Source of the DNA: Lytechinus pictus
Taxonomy: Eukaryota
Reading direction: 5' to 3'
Assembly: GCF_037042905.1 (NCBI RefSeq)
Contig: NC_087245.1
Location: forward strand, 8,868,001 to 8,932,000
Length of the DNA: 64,000 nt
The notes beneath the pieces were generated by a model, which saw only the letters and a program-made list of their open reading frames with translations, was not told the DNA's origin and ran no database searches. The translations under genes were made by a program, and so were the position numbers. This document shows positions 36,321 through 49,780 of the stretch, piece by piece (position 1 is the first letter of the stretch; each line of letters begins with the position of its first letter).

Positions 36321-36889
36321 CTGGTCTTCCCTTTTCAGGAAAGCAAGCCATCATTTTCTTCTTTCCTTTTCAGATCAGCTGCTGGTCTCCGGAAACTTAT
36401 TTTTTTTAGACTTCTTGTCAAAAAAAAAAAAAAAAATTCTCAGCTGATCCTGTTCTTCGCCTCAGACTTTCTGAACAGGCTTTCACCCCCCCCCCCAAAA
36501 AAAAAAACTGTGTTTTTTCTTAGGTGCTTCTTCCCTTTTTTCCTAGGTGCTTCTTCCCTTTTTCCCTAGGTGCTTCTTCCCTTTTTTCCTTTCAGGAATC
36601 TAGCAGGAGCGGTTTTCTTGTGTTTTCTTAACGGACAAAAAAAAAAAGGGGAGAGTTTTTTCATAATAATTTCTAAATTGTTACTGTTCCCTTTTACTGT
36701 GATAGTACTTCTTTGTACTATCCTTTTGAGATATTAAATTTATTTAAATTTATTTATTCTCGCAGTTCATTTTGTTTGAAGTCTCTTGACTTCTGGGGTT
36801 GGGGTTTTTTCACCCCCCTAACCCCCCCCCCCCCGTTTTCTCTCTGTTTTATTCTTTCTACTCGCTACTAGATTTACGTCTACGTGAGC

Positions 36890-39284
36890 ATGAGCCTCTC
36901 GGATTCCTCCCTGGAAGAGCTCGAAATGGCCGCTGAAGAGGTGTCCAACACTGGGGTTCTGTTTCCCACCAGTGGTAATGTAGAAAGCGACAGAGATCCT
37001 TTGTGGGTTCTAAGAAGGGTGGAACCATGGATCCGAGTCCACGTGCCCATGGGGGTGGAACCGTGGAAGCGCGTCCAGGTGCCCAACTAAACCACTTGAC
37101 TGCGTAGCATGTAATATTACGTGCTGGGCGAGTGTACGATCTGTGCTGGGCACGTAATATTACGTGCTTGACCTATCTTCTGTTTGAGGCGTCAGCACCA
37201 TGCTGTTAATACCCTTACGATGACAACAGCGCATGTATATCAAATTTCAGACTATAGTCACCAGATGGCGCTATTCCACAAAAGTTATTGAAACTTTTGC
37301 AGTGATTTATAAATGTTTGTATTCACTTTTCCATAGTGATAGTGTACGGCGCTCAGTTCAAAATGGCGACTCGCAGTGGAAAAGTGAATCAGAAGGATTT
37401 TGACGAAACTTTAGACGATAGGAGTAATAAATATAGTGAAAGATCTGTGTCAGAAGGGGAAGATGATTTTTTGTATGGATATTGGAAAAAGTGATGAGGA
37501 AAGTGATGTGATTATTTACAATTTTTCCCCCAAGTTGCTGTCGGTAGTAGTCCCAAATAGATCTAACTTGTTAGTCCCATTCAGTAGCACCAGGGGGGTC
37601 AGTGCGCATTACAGCCTATAGCAGTCAAGTGGTTAAGAAGGGTGGAACAGTGGAACTGCGACCACGTGCCCGCAAAGTGATAGCCCAGGCTTCAGTCTCG
37701 GAACCTGAACCATATTTGGGGAGCGTCGTGCTAGCTCTGAAAACGCCGACTCCAGGGCTGCCAGACCCACCGGCTATCGGGTCACCCGAAGACCGGGGGG
37801 AGAGCATGGGCCTCTCCTTCCGGCACAGACTAGGCTCGATGCCGTGTCAGACTCCTCAAGGGAGCGTCGGCAAAGGGCTACCAGCCCCTAGTCGCAAGAG
37901 ACAGTGTAGCCCGACCCCGTCAGATTCGGCGGACCTCTCTTCTCGGTCGGTGAGCACTCCCCGGGGGAGAGCTAAGGTGAAGAGATCAAGGCCCGCCCAG
38001 TCTCTTGTCCCTTCTTCTGCTCTGCCGTCGGAGCCGCTTAAGAAGAAGAAAAAAAAAAAGAAATCTGCGGCCGTAAGCCCCGTTCCACCGGGCGGTCCGC
38101 CTTCGAGCACTGCTGGTTATTACTCCCGGGCTGATCTGCTTCAGCCGACGGTACTACCAACCAATCGGATCAAGCAGACATCGGCCATCTGACACCTTGA
38201 GGCGCCTCTAGCGATTCTTACGAATAGCCGGCTCTCGAACCCACTCAGGCTACGCCCATGAGCATCCAGGCTCGGCCGACTTTGGGGGTGCGTCCCCGCG
38301 AGCCCGGCCATGGCCCGCACCGCCACTCAAGCCTTTCACGGGCGCCTGCTACCCTCGGGGCTCCGCCCGTTGAGGAGACGTGGGTTGGTTCCGGAGCCGG
38401 TAGAGGGAGATATGGACTCTCTTTTCTTCTCGTAGCCACGTAAAACCCGTCAAGGTATTCCAGTCACCAATGATTCCAAGGTTGCATACGAGAGGGCGGC
38501 CGCACAGGCTAGCGTGCCTGCCGCCCAGGGAAGAAAACCGGTGTCCTTTGGAAAGGGTTTTGCCTTCTCCAAGGACGACACCGAGGCGTTCTTCACCCCC
38601 AAGACATTCTCCCCCCAGCTTAACCGCATCGGGGCACGTTTGGGGACCCGTTTCTCTTCCAGTCATTTTGCTACTGTTGAGAAAGCGGACGTTAGATATG
38701 AGGCCTTGACTCGTTCAGCCCTCAGACTTACAGCCTTCCTCGGGGCCTTGCTTGGTTTACGAGCACAGTCCTCCGAACTGGAAGTGACAGCCAACGACAG
38801 TGTCCTTCTTGATGAGGCACTTTTGTCCTTGGTAGGCGAGCTCTGGATGCAGCTAGCTACTGCAGCCACTACTGCATCCAACTCCCGCAGAACTCGCGTC
38901 CTTAGTAGACTGGGCATCGTGACCAAGGGCATCGTGACCAAGGACTTGCTAGAGTTCCTCCCGGGCGTCCCCCAATCGAACAAACATTTGTTCGGGGGCG
39001 AGGTGGCCTCTCTTCTGAAAGAAGAGATTGACGGACGCAAACAGGCTTCAGAGCTTCTTAAAGAACTCAAAGCCTCGCGCCCGATGGCTCCACCCACGAA
39101 GAAGCTGGCCCCCAAGGCCCGTCCTTCCTTTCGTCCCGTGGTGGCCCCATCTCAACCCCGTGCACCCGCTCCGCCAAGTCGCAGAGCTCGCACTAGACCT
39201 CCAGTGAGTGCCTCACGTGGTGGTCGGGGTAAGGGCAGCCGGCCAGCCTACAGGGCTCCGGTCAGGCCCAAACAGCCTCTTTGA
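36890..39284 (+). pseudogene. DIRS ORF1 (gag-like), disrupted
   Basis: Ser/Pro/Lys-rich N-terminal part, then helical ...RRTRVLSRL...HLFGGEV... (the LFG motif typical of DIRS gag) and a basic tail; interrupted by a piggyBac-like insert and frameshifts. Confidence 0.75.
37092..37632 (+). mobile_element. piggyBac-like non-autonomous element
   Basis: TIR CCACTTGACTGC / GCAGTCAAGTGG; right TSD TTAA, left TAAA; internal acidic ORF start MATRSGKVNQKDFDETLDD; removal restores the gag frame. Confidence 0.8.
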
Positions 39285-39299
39285 CGGGTTTTCCCGAGC

Positions 39300-41191
39300 G
39301 CTGGGACCGGTCGGTGGTCGTCTCCTTTATTTTTTTCCCGCATGAGAGGGAATAATGGACGATGCTTTTACCTTATCCGTCATGTGAGATGGCTTCTATA
39401 TCGATATAGAGGCCTTCCCGCACGGCGCGATTCGATCCGCCCCGCCGACCTTTCTTTTTTTCATCAGCAGTACATTGTAGCAGAAATCGGTGCACTGCTG
39501 GAGAAGGAGGCGATAGAGAGGGTTCCAGACAGTCCACATCTCTGTCTCTCTCCTATCTTCGTTGTCCCCAAGCGCTCGGGGAAATTGAGGATGATTTTGA
39601 ACATGAAAATGATCAACAAATTCATTCAGCCAGACCATTTCAGAATGGAAGCACTGGCATCGGATTGGGCCGTCTCCCTAGACCTCAGGGACGCCTATTT
39701 CCACATACCAATTCATACCGCTTCACGGGACCTGTTGGGTTTTTCGCTTCAAAGAAGCGACATACAGATACCGGGCAATGCCTTTCGGCTTACGCCCGGC
39801 ACCAAGAGTCTTCACTCGGGTGGTCACAGCAGTGGCCGCCCATCTGAGAGAACGAGGCCTCGGGCTTTTTGTTTATCTAGACGACTAGTTGCTCGTCGCG
39901 AGCTCAAAGACCAAACTCCTTTTACACTTATCCCTTCTCCTCCGGGTCACCCAGGAGTTGGGATTCGTAGTTAATTGGGAGAAATCGGATCTCTCGCCTT
40001 CCCGCGTACCCACATACTTGGGCGCGGTTCTAGACCTTCCAAACCAGATCACTCGACCAAGCCCCGACAGAGTTCGGGCAATCGTCTCTCTGGTTCGCTC
40101 TCTCAGAGAGCGCAGCTCTGTGAAAGCTCGCACATAGCTGAGTTGCTCGGGTTTATGGCAAGCCTTGTCGACATCCTTCGGGATTGTCGCCTGCTTATGA
40201 GACCTTTTCAGAGACACCTCCTGCGCTATTACAGACCAAGCGCAGATTCTCTGCATCTCCGGATTCCCCTGTCTCAGGAGATCCGTCTCAGCCTGGCCGC
40301 TTGGATGCGAACGTCCTTTGTAGCGAGGGGCAAGCCCTTCCACACTCCCCTCCCATCAGCCGCTCTGACCACGGATGCGTTGCTTACGTGATGGGGCGGC
40401 CATTGTGCGGGGAGATAGCCTCGGGTGTCTGGTCGTCCCAACGCACCTTACCACATATCAATGTGTTGGAGATGAAGGCTGTCATCAACTCCCTTCAGCA
40501 TTTCCGACACAGGTTAGTCGATCGAACGGTGCTGATTCGCACAGACAACAAGACAGTTGCGGCGTACATCAATCGCCAAGGTGGTACCCGATCGAGCTCT
40601 CTCAACGTCCTGGCTGCGGAGCTCTGGGAGTGGTGCCACCATGCGAAGATCGTTCCAAATGCTTCGTACATTCCAGGCAGCGACAACCTGATTTTCTGTC
40701 CCGGGGACGGTTCCTACCATCCGAATGGTCGCTCCACCCGGAGATATTTCAGTTTCTCCAAGCCCAATGGGGGCCCCTGGAAATAGATTTGTTTGCCACG
40801 GCTCTCAATCGGAAAGTTACCGATGTTCTGCTCTCGTGTCAACGAAACAGAAGCAACTTCCCTGGATGCATTCTCCATTCATTGGGGGGATCGGAGGTGT
40901 TATGCGTTCCCTCCGTTTCACCTAATACCGCAGGTATTGAGGAAAGTGAAGGAAGACCAAGCTTGGCTTCTTCTAGTGGCCCCCAATCGGCCAAGGAGGT
41001 GCTGGTTTCCACAGCTCCTAGAATTGTTGGAGGGGGACCCGCTCATACTTCCTCTGAGATCAGACATAATATCTCAACCTCTGTCGGGCATCGTGCATCC
41101 TCGGCCAGCGGTCCTCCACTTAACCACATGGCCATTATCGGGCAGGACGCGAGAGCGTTGGGCCATTCTGATCGTGCCTCAGAATTGGTGA
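39300..41191 (+). pseudogene. DIRS ORF2: RT, RNase H and Dam-like methyltransferase domain, with frameshifts and stops
   Basis: RT: SPIFVVPKRSGKLRMILN, SLDLRDAYFHIPI, YLDD. RH: TTDA, HINVLEMKAV, RTDNKTVAAYINRQGG. MT: IDLFAT, DAFSIHW, YAFPPF. Confidence 0.92.
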
Positions 41192-41870
41192 TTCAAAGTC
41201 GGAGCAACTCGACTCTTGATCTTTACAATTCTCGTTTGGGCCGATTTTCAGATTGGTGCGCTGCGCAGTATGTTGATCCTCGCAACGCTTCTCTTGCTGT
41301 GATCGCTGATTTCTTTGTTCACCTTTTCGACATCGGTCGCTCGCTTTCCACCATTAGGGGCTTCCAGTCGGCTATTGCCGCGTTTCATTCTGGATTCCCA
41401 GATGGCTCCAACGTCTCTAATTCCAGTCTTATCACTAGACTGATGAGAGCGTTTTTCCTAAAGCGACCTCCGAATAAAAGTCTGGATCCTTCCTGGAGTC
41501 TACCGGCTGTGCTTAACGCCTTGGCTAAACCTCCGTTTGAGCCTCTGGCCAAGAGCTCCTTGCATGATTTGTCTGTTAAGACTGCTTTTCTAATCGCTGT
41601 AGCATCCGGTCAAAGACACAGCTCTATTTACGCTTTGTGTATTTCTCCCGGTCACATCCGGTGGGAACGGCGTGGAGTCCGCTTGATTCCCACACCGTCC
41701 TTCATTGCCAAGAACCAGACTGCCACCTCTGGTTTGATTGAGTTCTTCCTAGCTCCTCTTTCAGATCTTTCCTCGGTTGCCGAGGACAAAGTCTGGTGCC
41801 CGGTCAGGGCATTGAAATGGTATCTGGTCTTAATCTCCCTTATTTTGCGCACTTTTTTTCTAGACATGCG
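41127..41870 (+). pseudogene. DIRS tyrosine recombinase, C-terminal catalytic part apparently deleted
   Basis: SRSNSTLDLYNSRLGRFSDWC, PSWSLPAVL, KTAFLIAVASGQRHSSIYAL, KNQ, WCPVRALKWYL; no HxxR motif downstream. Confidence 0.88.
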
Positions 41871-41896
41871 TCCCTTCACGTTGAATACATGTTGGT

Positions 41897-41996
41897 CTAG
41901 CAAATCAAATGAGTATATCCCAATTATTGATAGTAAATTACGAAAATAGTTACCATGATTTTCTTATTTATGAAATAACTGGATATACTCATTTGA
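41897..41996. repeat. DIRS internal complementary region (ICR)
   Basis: First half is complementary to the left terminus (35316-35356); second half is complementary to the right terminal extension (about 42177-42231). Confidence 0.92.
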
Positions 41997-42980
41997 ACCC
42001 TCCCACCTACCCCTCGTCTTGTGTCTTGTGTCTTGCGTGCAGGCTCATGAGAGGAAAGGGACGCCCAATTGCGCAATGATCTTGGGATAGTGCGTTCATA
42101 GGGAGATGCAGGGCGTGCGCAGGAAAATTGTGTACCTTTTATTCGGCGTGCAAGTTAATCGTAATGAACTAGCAAATCAAATGAGTATATCCACTTATTC
42201 CGTAAATAAGAAAATTATGGTATTTTCATAATTCATTCATCATCATCAAGGACATAAATGGAAAAATGCAAGTATTTTCTTCGAATTCACAACCATTAAA
42301 TTATTTTTTCATTACCATTTTCTTTTCATAGTCAAACAATTCACCAAGGCATGTTTGTGTAGTGGCAGAATAGGATCGCCGCGAATCGCGATCCGTTTGG
42401 TTACGCTATGACCTAGATCTAGATTTTAATCTAGATCTAGATCTTCGGTAGATCTGGAATTAACTTCAGGCGACATACATGACATATTTATACTGACAAA
42501 AAATGAATAGGTGGGACACATACATTTTGTGTGGGTGGAAAGTGTCATCATTGAGTTGAATTTTTTGTACAGACTTCAATTTCTAATCCAAGACAGTGGA
42601 CTATCGCTGATCTTTCCACTAAGCTCTAGTGATTTATTTGGTACAAAAAGAGATTATACTTACCACTTATCCCGTTTAGGACTTTAACGTTAGGTGTTAA
42701 TTCTGAAAATACGCGGGTACCGCGGCCGGTTCGTGAAATAGCCGACAATGCGATCACCCAAAAATTTCTGCTTTACGAATAGTCTCGATTGCGCGCACTG
42801 AAGGAGGACGATTCGTGATACAGAAAAATCTCTCAATTCCAAAGTGGACGCTTTTTCATGATTGCAGTATTACGTAACCATGCTTTCCCATACTCCCATC
42901 TTTTTACAGGAGGTAGGTAACTATGTGGTCATTCAAAAAATGCAAAAAAAATAAAAAATGAAAATAATGTGGAATTTTGC

Positions 42981-44058
42981 CAGGGTTGTTTGATTTAAAT
43001 CATGTCGATTTAAATCATGATTTAAATCGCGATTTAAATCACTTGATTTTTTTCAAAAAATCACTGATTTAAATCAACTTTTATGAAAAAAATTAGTTTT
43101 CTCTATTTTCTCTTCTTCTTAACAGATACTTTCAATGTAATCATTTTCATTTCTGTTCCACATGCTTTAGAGATACTTTTAAAGAATGATACACCCTCAT
43201 GGAGTCTGATTTAACACCACTGTTTTATTCTCAAATTGTAAAACAAGCAAAACTGATGAAAACAACAAGTTTCTTACGAAGTAATGATAAATAACTCTCT
43301 GTATGTGTGTTTTCATCCGCTTCACAATCCCCATCAACTCAAAACCACATAGTTTGCACTTTGCTCTGCATCCAGTTGCAGATTTTGATGGCAGTTTCTC
43401 AAAAAAGTACCAAATGGGGTCTGATTTTCTTCCAGACATGATTCATGCATCACAAAAGCTGTAAAACCCTTTGTTTATTAGCTATTACCAGCTGTTAGTT
43501 GGGAAGTCCCCCATGTGATAGTTCTAGGAAATATTCCTAGCTAAAATCCCCCATGTGATAATTCTAGGAAATATTCCCAGCTAGAATTCCCAAGGGCAGT
43601 ATAGGAACCCTAACAGGCCTTTAATAATGTCAATTTTGTTGGAAATTCTCAAGTTCTTTGAGTACTTCATGCATTGGAGTAACACTTCGGATGTTTTGAA
43701 CTGACTGATATAAAAATTTCAAGAGTTTAAATGTATACATAATACATACTTTACTTGGGCTTCCATAAAATGTCCCTCTCTATAATGCAAATAAATAAAA
43801 AAAAAATAAAAAAATAACCTGTATATAAGTGGATTATTGTGTCAAATAGTACAATACACAATGTTCAAAAGACTACTTGACCACTATTATTGGTGTAAAA
43901 CAGTTTAAATATAGTTTAAATCTTGTTAAGTGTGACCATTATTTTTCATTGGAAAAAAATCAAATAAATCTGATTTAAATCATAAAAATCCGATTTAAAT
44001 CATAAAAATCCGATTTTTTTGATTTTTTTAAAAAAATCAAAAAAAATCAACAACCCTG
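42981..44058 (-). mobile_element. hAT deletion derivative retaining a BED zinc finger
   Basis: TIR CAGGGTTGTT / AACAACCCTG, 8-bp TSD AATTTTGC, GATTTAAATC subterminal repeats, and MSGRKSDPIWYFF...AKCKLC...RMKTH at 43439-43295. Confidence 0.93.
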
Positions 44059-44199
44059 AATTTTGCCTAAGAGGACGGTTCGTGATGCGTGCATGCGACG
44101 ATTTTGCAGAGTGCATTAAATTTGTAAATGGAAAAAAATAATGAAAGCTCGATGTCCGAGCTGAAATAAGTTTTGTATATTGACTTAAAAACTTGATAT

Positions 44200-44480
44200 T
44201 TTAAGCTCCATATCAGCCTATTGAGCAAGGTGGAGCGCGAAGCGCGAGCGAAAATTTTATTTAGTAACATGAAAGATTTTTTTGCAAGTCTTCCCCCAAC
44301 ATTATCTTATTCACTCGTCTTGCTCCTCTTATTTTCCTCTTCTTTTCCTTTTCTTTTTTCCTTCTGTCTTTCCCCTTCTTTCTTTTCTTCTTTTTCCTTT
44401 CTTCTTTCTCCCTCTTTTTTTTGCTCCGCCAATTTTTTTTACAGGGGGGCACGTGCCCCCCCCCCGTAGCTACGCCACTG
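44200..44480. mobile_element. Partial hAT-type MITE
   Basis: Right end ...GTGCCCCCCCCCGTAGCTACGCCACTG and a GAGCGCGAAGCGCGAGC motif; left end unclear. Confidence 0.5.
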
Positions 44481-44779
44481 TCTACCGTAATGGTACTACC
44501 CAATGATATCCAGCAGCGAAATGTACCCTTATCCGTGGTCGAATTATGACAGTACTCGCATAACACTTGGACGTCCGTAAAAAACAACCACTCGTTCAGT
44601 TACCAATTTGACCCCGAACTTAGTGAAATTGACCACGAACATGGTTATTTTGAATCAACCCCGGAAAAAATAACCCCTCAGTTTTTAGAGTGTAGCGTAT
44701 AGCACACTGACAAACATGTACGTTGCTAACCTGTATTGAACAATGATTTTATCAAAATAAGTAATAGCTCAATTTTTGA

Positions 44780-45130
44780 TAAATCTCTTTTCTGTTCACA
44801 CATTTTATGAAATTCTTTTGAATAGAAGTTAATGGTAATGTAAACGTTTTCTTAAGTGGAAGTATATATTCGATATGAATGACAGACATTGGGAATCGTA
44901 TTGCTCGATTGGATTCAGTTGTACTAGAGATGTGGGCTTACGTTGGTTTCAGTTCAAAATAATGCAGCATGATATGTATCTACAAATGAATTGTTTCAAA
45001 TTAATTTCAGCTCGACAAAAAGAATGTACTTTTTGTATCGTACATTCAGTAATTCATCTTTATTGTGAATATGCATGTATTAAAGATATCTGGGACAAGT
45101 TTGAACAATGGATACTTATTAAAACTGAAA
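44780..45130 (+). mobile_element. L1/Tx1-clade LINE 3' fragment (zf-RVT region)
   Basis: W...LRWFQFKIMQH...CTFC...SVIHLYCEYACIKDIW. Confidence 0.7.
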
Positions 45131-47015
45131 AAAGACCCCCCCCCCGAAAAGATAAACATTTGATCTCAGATGTTCAAATATGTATTGAATTGTTTATTAA
45201 TATTGGTACGACGAATGATTTACACTTCGAAAGTATAGCATCAATTACCTGATTTTGACAATATCAATTTTGTGCTTCAGAATTATTTCAAGAAGTATCG
45301 CTACTATCGCAGATTCACATTTATTTTATTTCCAGGCAAAAGAAAACAAGAATATGTACAATAGGAATAAATTACCACCGACTAGTGCCTGAGGATGACT
45401 AAAAGAAAAACTAGTTTCTGTCATGAAGCTCTCCTCACTAGTCATTGTAAAATGATTAAGTTTAAAAAGGAAATTGTTTCAATTACGACCGCTGTCTGCT
45501 TGGAGTGATGCGTTCAGTCCTTTTCTTATTCAATAGTGCAATATGATTATTACGTTCCTTTATTGGTGGTTTGTTTCCTATTTTGTTAATTACTATGTGA
45601 ATCGAAAGTTCAATATACTGGTTTCAATTGTTGTTTTATTATAATTTTATGTTTTACTGCCATAAGTTTGATTTGTCAATAAGATGTTTGTTATGTTAAA
45701 CAATCTAATAAAATCCCTTTGGAGGGGAAAATAAATTTTGAAAAATGATCGCAGGACTTATGAATATAAAAGATCTATAGAGGAACGAAATTAAATATAT
45801 ATATATCTCTCTTGAGGTATGATAATACTGAATCAGTATACGTTATGAACCGAAAATTTTGAGGGGGGCAGATATGAAGTGTAGGGCGAATTTCTGAAAA
45901 ACGCGAGTGAGCAAAAATGTTGGCCTTGTTATATACAAACATCTAATTTTGTGATACAGTTTCAGAAAATGATATCATATCGGTTAAGGCAAGAAAAAGC
46001 CGTTACGGAAATTCTTTTATTCCTTTTTTTAATATTCAATTCGTCTTACTCTTATTAGTCATTATTGCCATCTATGTCGCCTTATCAATACAATAACTGC
46101 CACAAATGTAAAGAGTAATGATAGTAGTAGTAGGTGTAATAATAATAATAATAATAACTGTAATGATTACAATAATAATAATGTTATCGACAACATGGTC
46201 AATGTAAAGTTGTGAATTTATATGTGAATTATGGTTCAAGTAATAAAAGAAAAAATAAATGAATATAACTCATTTAACAGTTCTGGAATAATAATAATGA
46301 TATTTATATTGAATATGCGTACTGGCTGTTCTTACTTTAACAATGATCACATTTTACTCTTTTAATCGACTTATGTATAAGAATAAATATGTGGCAAAAA
46401 GAAGCTGCTGAAAACTGCTTATCTAATAAAAGAGAGCCAATGGCCCTTTTTGACTTTCTAAGAATAAATATGTGTTATGTGCACGCCAATATTCTGTATT
46501 GTCTTTCCTTCATTATGTATTTTTCCTTGTGTGTTGTAATTTGTATGTTTGCCTTTGAACAAAATGAATTTGCATTAAGTTTGACAATAAAACAATATAT
46601 ATATTTCACCACTTTTATTCTATTTTCTCTTTTTTTCTTGGTCGTGAAATTTTTTGGGGGTCCGTGGCTCCAAGACCCCCACCTGTATTCCAGTGTATTC
46701 AGGGAATTCTCTGTTAACAACCTTCATTAAATACAATATTCCCTTTGAGTAATACACCCTGTGTCTTATGAAAAATAGTACACTTTTGAAGTGGCAGCCG
46801 AATAAAGAACATGTATGAATGCAATAGCTCATGGACTTTAATTTCATGTGACACTAAAGTCCAAAAATCATTCATTCTTGGGTGAGCACTGTTTTTTTTA
46901 AAGGGTAGGCCTTTCAATTTAGGTTGCGCAGGAACTCCTTGGAGCATACAGAATTTAGGACGATGATAAATTCCTGATCAATTACATTGAGGTTGCCAAG
47001 AAAAAACATCGACTA

Positions 47016-48200
47016 ATTTTTAGCTCATCCGGCCCGAAGGGCCAGATGAGCTTATGCCGTGGCGTGGCGTCCGTCGTCTGTCATCCGTCCACAATTTCAA
47101 AATGCTTCTTCTTCGCCATTTGAAGTCCGATTTTAATTCTGTTTGCTTTATATGATATGATAGCACTAGGTGGGGGATTCAAAACTTCTACACAGAATTG
47201 TGAAACTCATTAAATATGCTAATTTATGCGCATTTTTTAAAAATTCCCCCCAAAATGCTTCTTTATTTGTTGACCGATTTTGAATTTTTTTGCTTCCATC
47301 TGGTAGAGCTTTATGAGGTTCACCAAACTTCTACACAGAATTTTGAAATTTGGAGTAGAAGATTATTTATGCTAATTTATGCGAAATTCATAAATCACAG
47401 AAAATGCCTCTTCTTTATTTGTTGACTGAATTTCAAAATGCTTCTTCTTCGTCATTTCAAGTCTGATTTCAATTCTGTTTGCTTTTTATGATAGCATTAG
47501 GTGGGGGATTCAAAACTTCTACACAGAATTTAGAAACTCATTAAATATGCTAATTTATGTGTATTTTTAAAAAATCACATAAAATGCTTCTTCTTCTTTA
47601 ATTGTTGACCGATTTTAATTTTTTTTTCTTCCATCTGGTAGAGCTGCATGAGGTTCACCAAACTTGTACACAAAATTTTGTCTAGAAAATTATTTATGCT
47701 AATTTATGCAAAATTTATTCATAAATCACAAAAAATGTTTTTTCTCCTTCATTTGTTGATCAATTTCGATTTTATTTTGCTTTATATGATAGCTGTAGGC
47801 ATGGTAGGTGGTGATACAAAATTTCAACACAGAATTTTGAAACTCATTGAATATGCTAATTTATTCATATATTTTCAAAACTCACAAAAAATACTTATTT
47901 ATTTGTTCATTGATTTTGATTATTTTTGTTCCATCTGAGAGCTACATGAGGTTCACCAAGGTTCTACACGGAGTTTAGAAATTTTGACTAGAAAATCATT
48001 TATGCTTAATTTATATGAAATTTATTCATAGATCACAAAATATGCTTCTATGTCATTTCTTCATCAGTTTCAATTCTATATCCTCAATATATGTCACCAA
48101 TATAATTCACTACAGTGTCAACTGGGCTGAAATTAAAATTGTGTTCAATTTCGTTGCGAGATGGCGGATGAGCTCCACATCATTGATGTGCTACTTTTTT
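47016..48200 (+). mobile_element. Helentron-associated HINE/pearl-like element with ~240-300-bp internal tandem repeats
   Basis: 5' TTTTTAGCTCATCCGGC with an adjacent inverted copy, a GTCC/GTCT microsatellite, tandem cores, then 3' subTIR GCGGATGAGCT, hairpin CACATCA/TGATGTG and a T-run. Confidence 0.8.
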
Positions 48201-48451
48201 AAATTGATATATGGACTATGTCCTTTATTAATGAGTATCGAATGGAAGAAATAAAGAATGAGCTTTATGCGCTTTATTGGCATGATAAGTTGTATATAGA
48301 CAAAGATGAAGGGAAAGATTGGCTGTCATGGCTGAGGTGTAGATTTAGCTTGAAATTATTACCCCAAAGTCTGACATTAACAAAAGTCCATCGGCAATAA
48401 ATATCACTTCCACAAATCATTTTTAATGAAGCATTATCTCCTTACAACCCA

Positions 48452-49780
48452 CACACAAAAAACAGAAACTTGCATGTGTTAGTAATCGTACTCAAATGTC
48501 AAAATAATTTTGACACTATAGCGACATACTTTGATGAGTACTTTCACTCAATGAAGGTACTTTGAAAACTCATCTTGTCGAGTATATTTCATTTGACACT
48601 ATAGTGACACATCAAGTGAGTAAATTTGAATAACTCAATCTAATGAGTAACTTAACCCAGTGTAATGAGTATGTTTAAAGTATATTTACTGACTTTTTGA
48701 GTATGTGAGCATATTACACACTTGATTAGTTTTAGCGATAATCTGACGATTAACTGCGCTGAGAAAATGAGTAGTATATGACTCTTGTATGTGAGTTTTG
48801 GGGTGTTGAGATCATGCATCCAAGTAATTTTACTCGGATCTCGCGTTAATTGCTTGCGCGCACACGTGATACCGGCCAAATGTGCAGAGCATGAAGACTT
48901 TTCTGGTAAGTTCTACATGTCTTTTTATTTAATTTCCCCCTTTTCTTCTATAATTACTTTTCTTGACAATAATAGCTTAGACCTACATGTATGGGGCAAA
49001 CATAAATGCTATGTATGGTGACAACAGGGTGCATTGATCTACATTCTCATCTATCCGAGGCTCCCGCCTCTCGGTTTGGGTAACCACACACCAGCCTGTT
49101 GTTGCGCCGCTACCCCGGGGCCAGAAGGGAGTGAAGGCCAGTGTGCCGCTACGATTGCTGGAGTCATTTATGAGGAGGGCAAATAAGTGACATCGTCCAT
49201 GATTACATAAATCATGGACGATGTCACTTATTTGCCCTCCTCATATGTTTGCCCCATACATGTAGGTCTAAGCTATTATTGTCAAGAAAAGTAATTATAG
49301 AAGAAAAGGGGGGAAATAAATAAAAAGACATGTAGAACTTACCAGAAAAGTCTTCATGCTCTGCACATTTGGCCGGTATCATGTGTGCGCGCAAGCAATT
49401 AACGCGAGATCCGAGTAAAATTACTTGGATGCATGATCTCAACACCCCAAAACTCACATACAAGAGTCATATACTACTCATTTTCTCAGCGCAGTTAATC
49501 GTCAGATTATCGCTTTACCTGGCTGTGAGTTTTTTCACCCGTTCTGCTATCATACCTTACAAACTTGAAGAAAAACTCATTTGTACGGATTGTTTTACAT
49601 ACTTTCACTGACAGGGATACTCAAGAAAAGTAGTTAATAAGTAATGTCCTTGAAAAAAAGATCAGGTGTAACAGAAACCCAGATTCTCGAGTAAAAACAC
49701 ATACGTTACGAATTTTTGCACTTAATTCTTTATGTAAAAAACAATTTTACTCATGGAAAATAGTTCTCGTTTTTTGTGTG
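48452..49780. mobile_element. CACTA/EnSpm-like non-autonomous element containing a large palindrome
   Basis: Termini CACACAAAAAAC / GTTTTTTGTGTG, 2-bp TSD CA, many TACTC/GAGTA subterminal motifs. Confidence 0.6.
48734..49514. repeat. Inverted duplication: arms 48734-49004 and 49244-49514 plus a perfect 36-bp-stem hairpin at 49169-49245
   Basis: ORFs 48785+ and 49463- are near-identical; hairpin TATGAGGAGGGC...CCATGATT-ACATA-AATCATGG...GCCCTCCTCATA. Confidence 0.95.

Larger units (their letters stand above)
35316..42233 (+). mobile_element. DIRS1-type tyrosine-recombinase retrotransposon, decayed
   Basis: ITRs at about 35316-35475 and 42050-42233, ICR at 41897-41996, and gag, RT/RH/MT and YR in overlapping frames. 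Confidence 0.95.

Noticed and set aside
40375..41949. 524-aa ORF as an intact recombinase
   Set aside because: A frameshift chimera of the RH/MT-overlapping frame and a truncated YR lacking HxxR.
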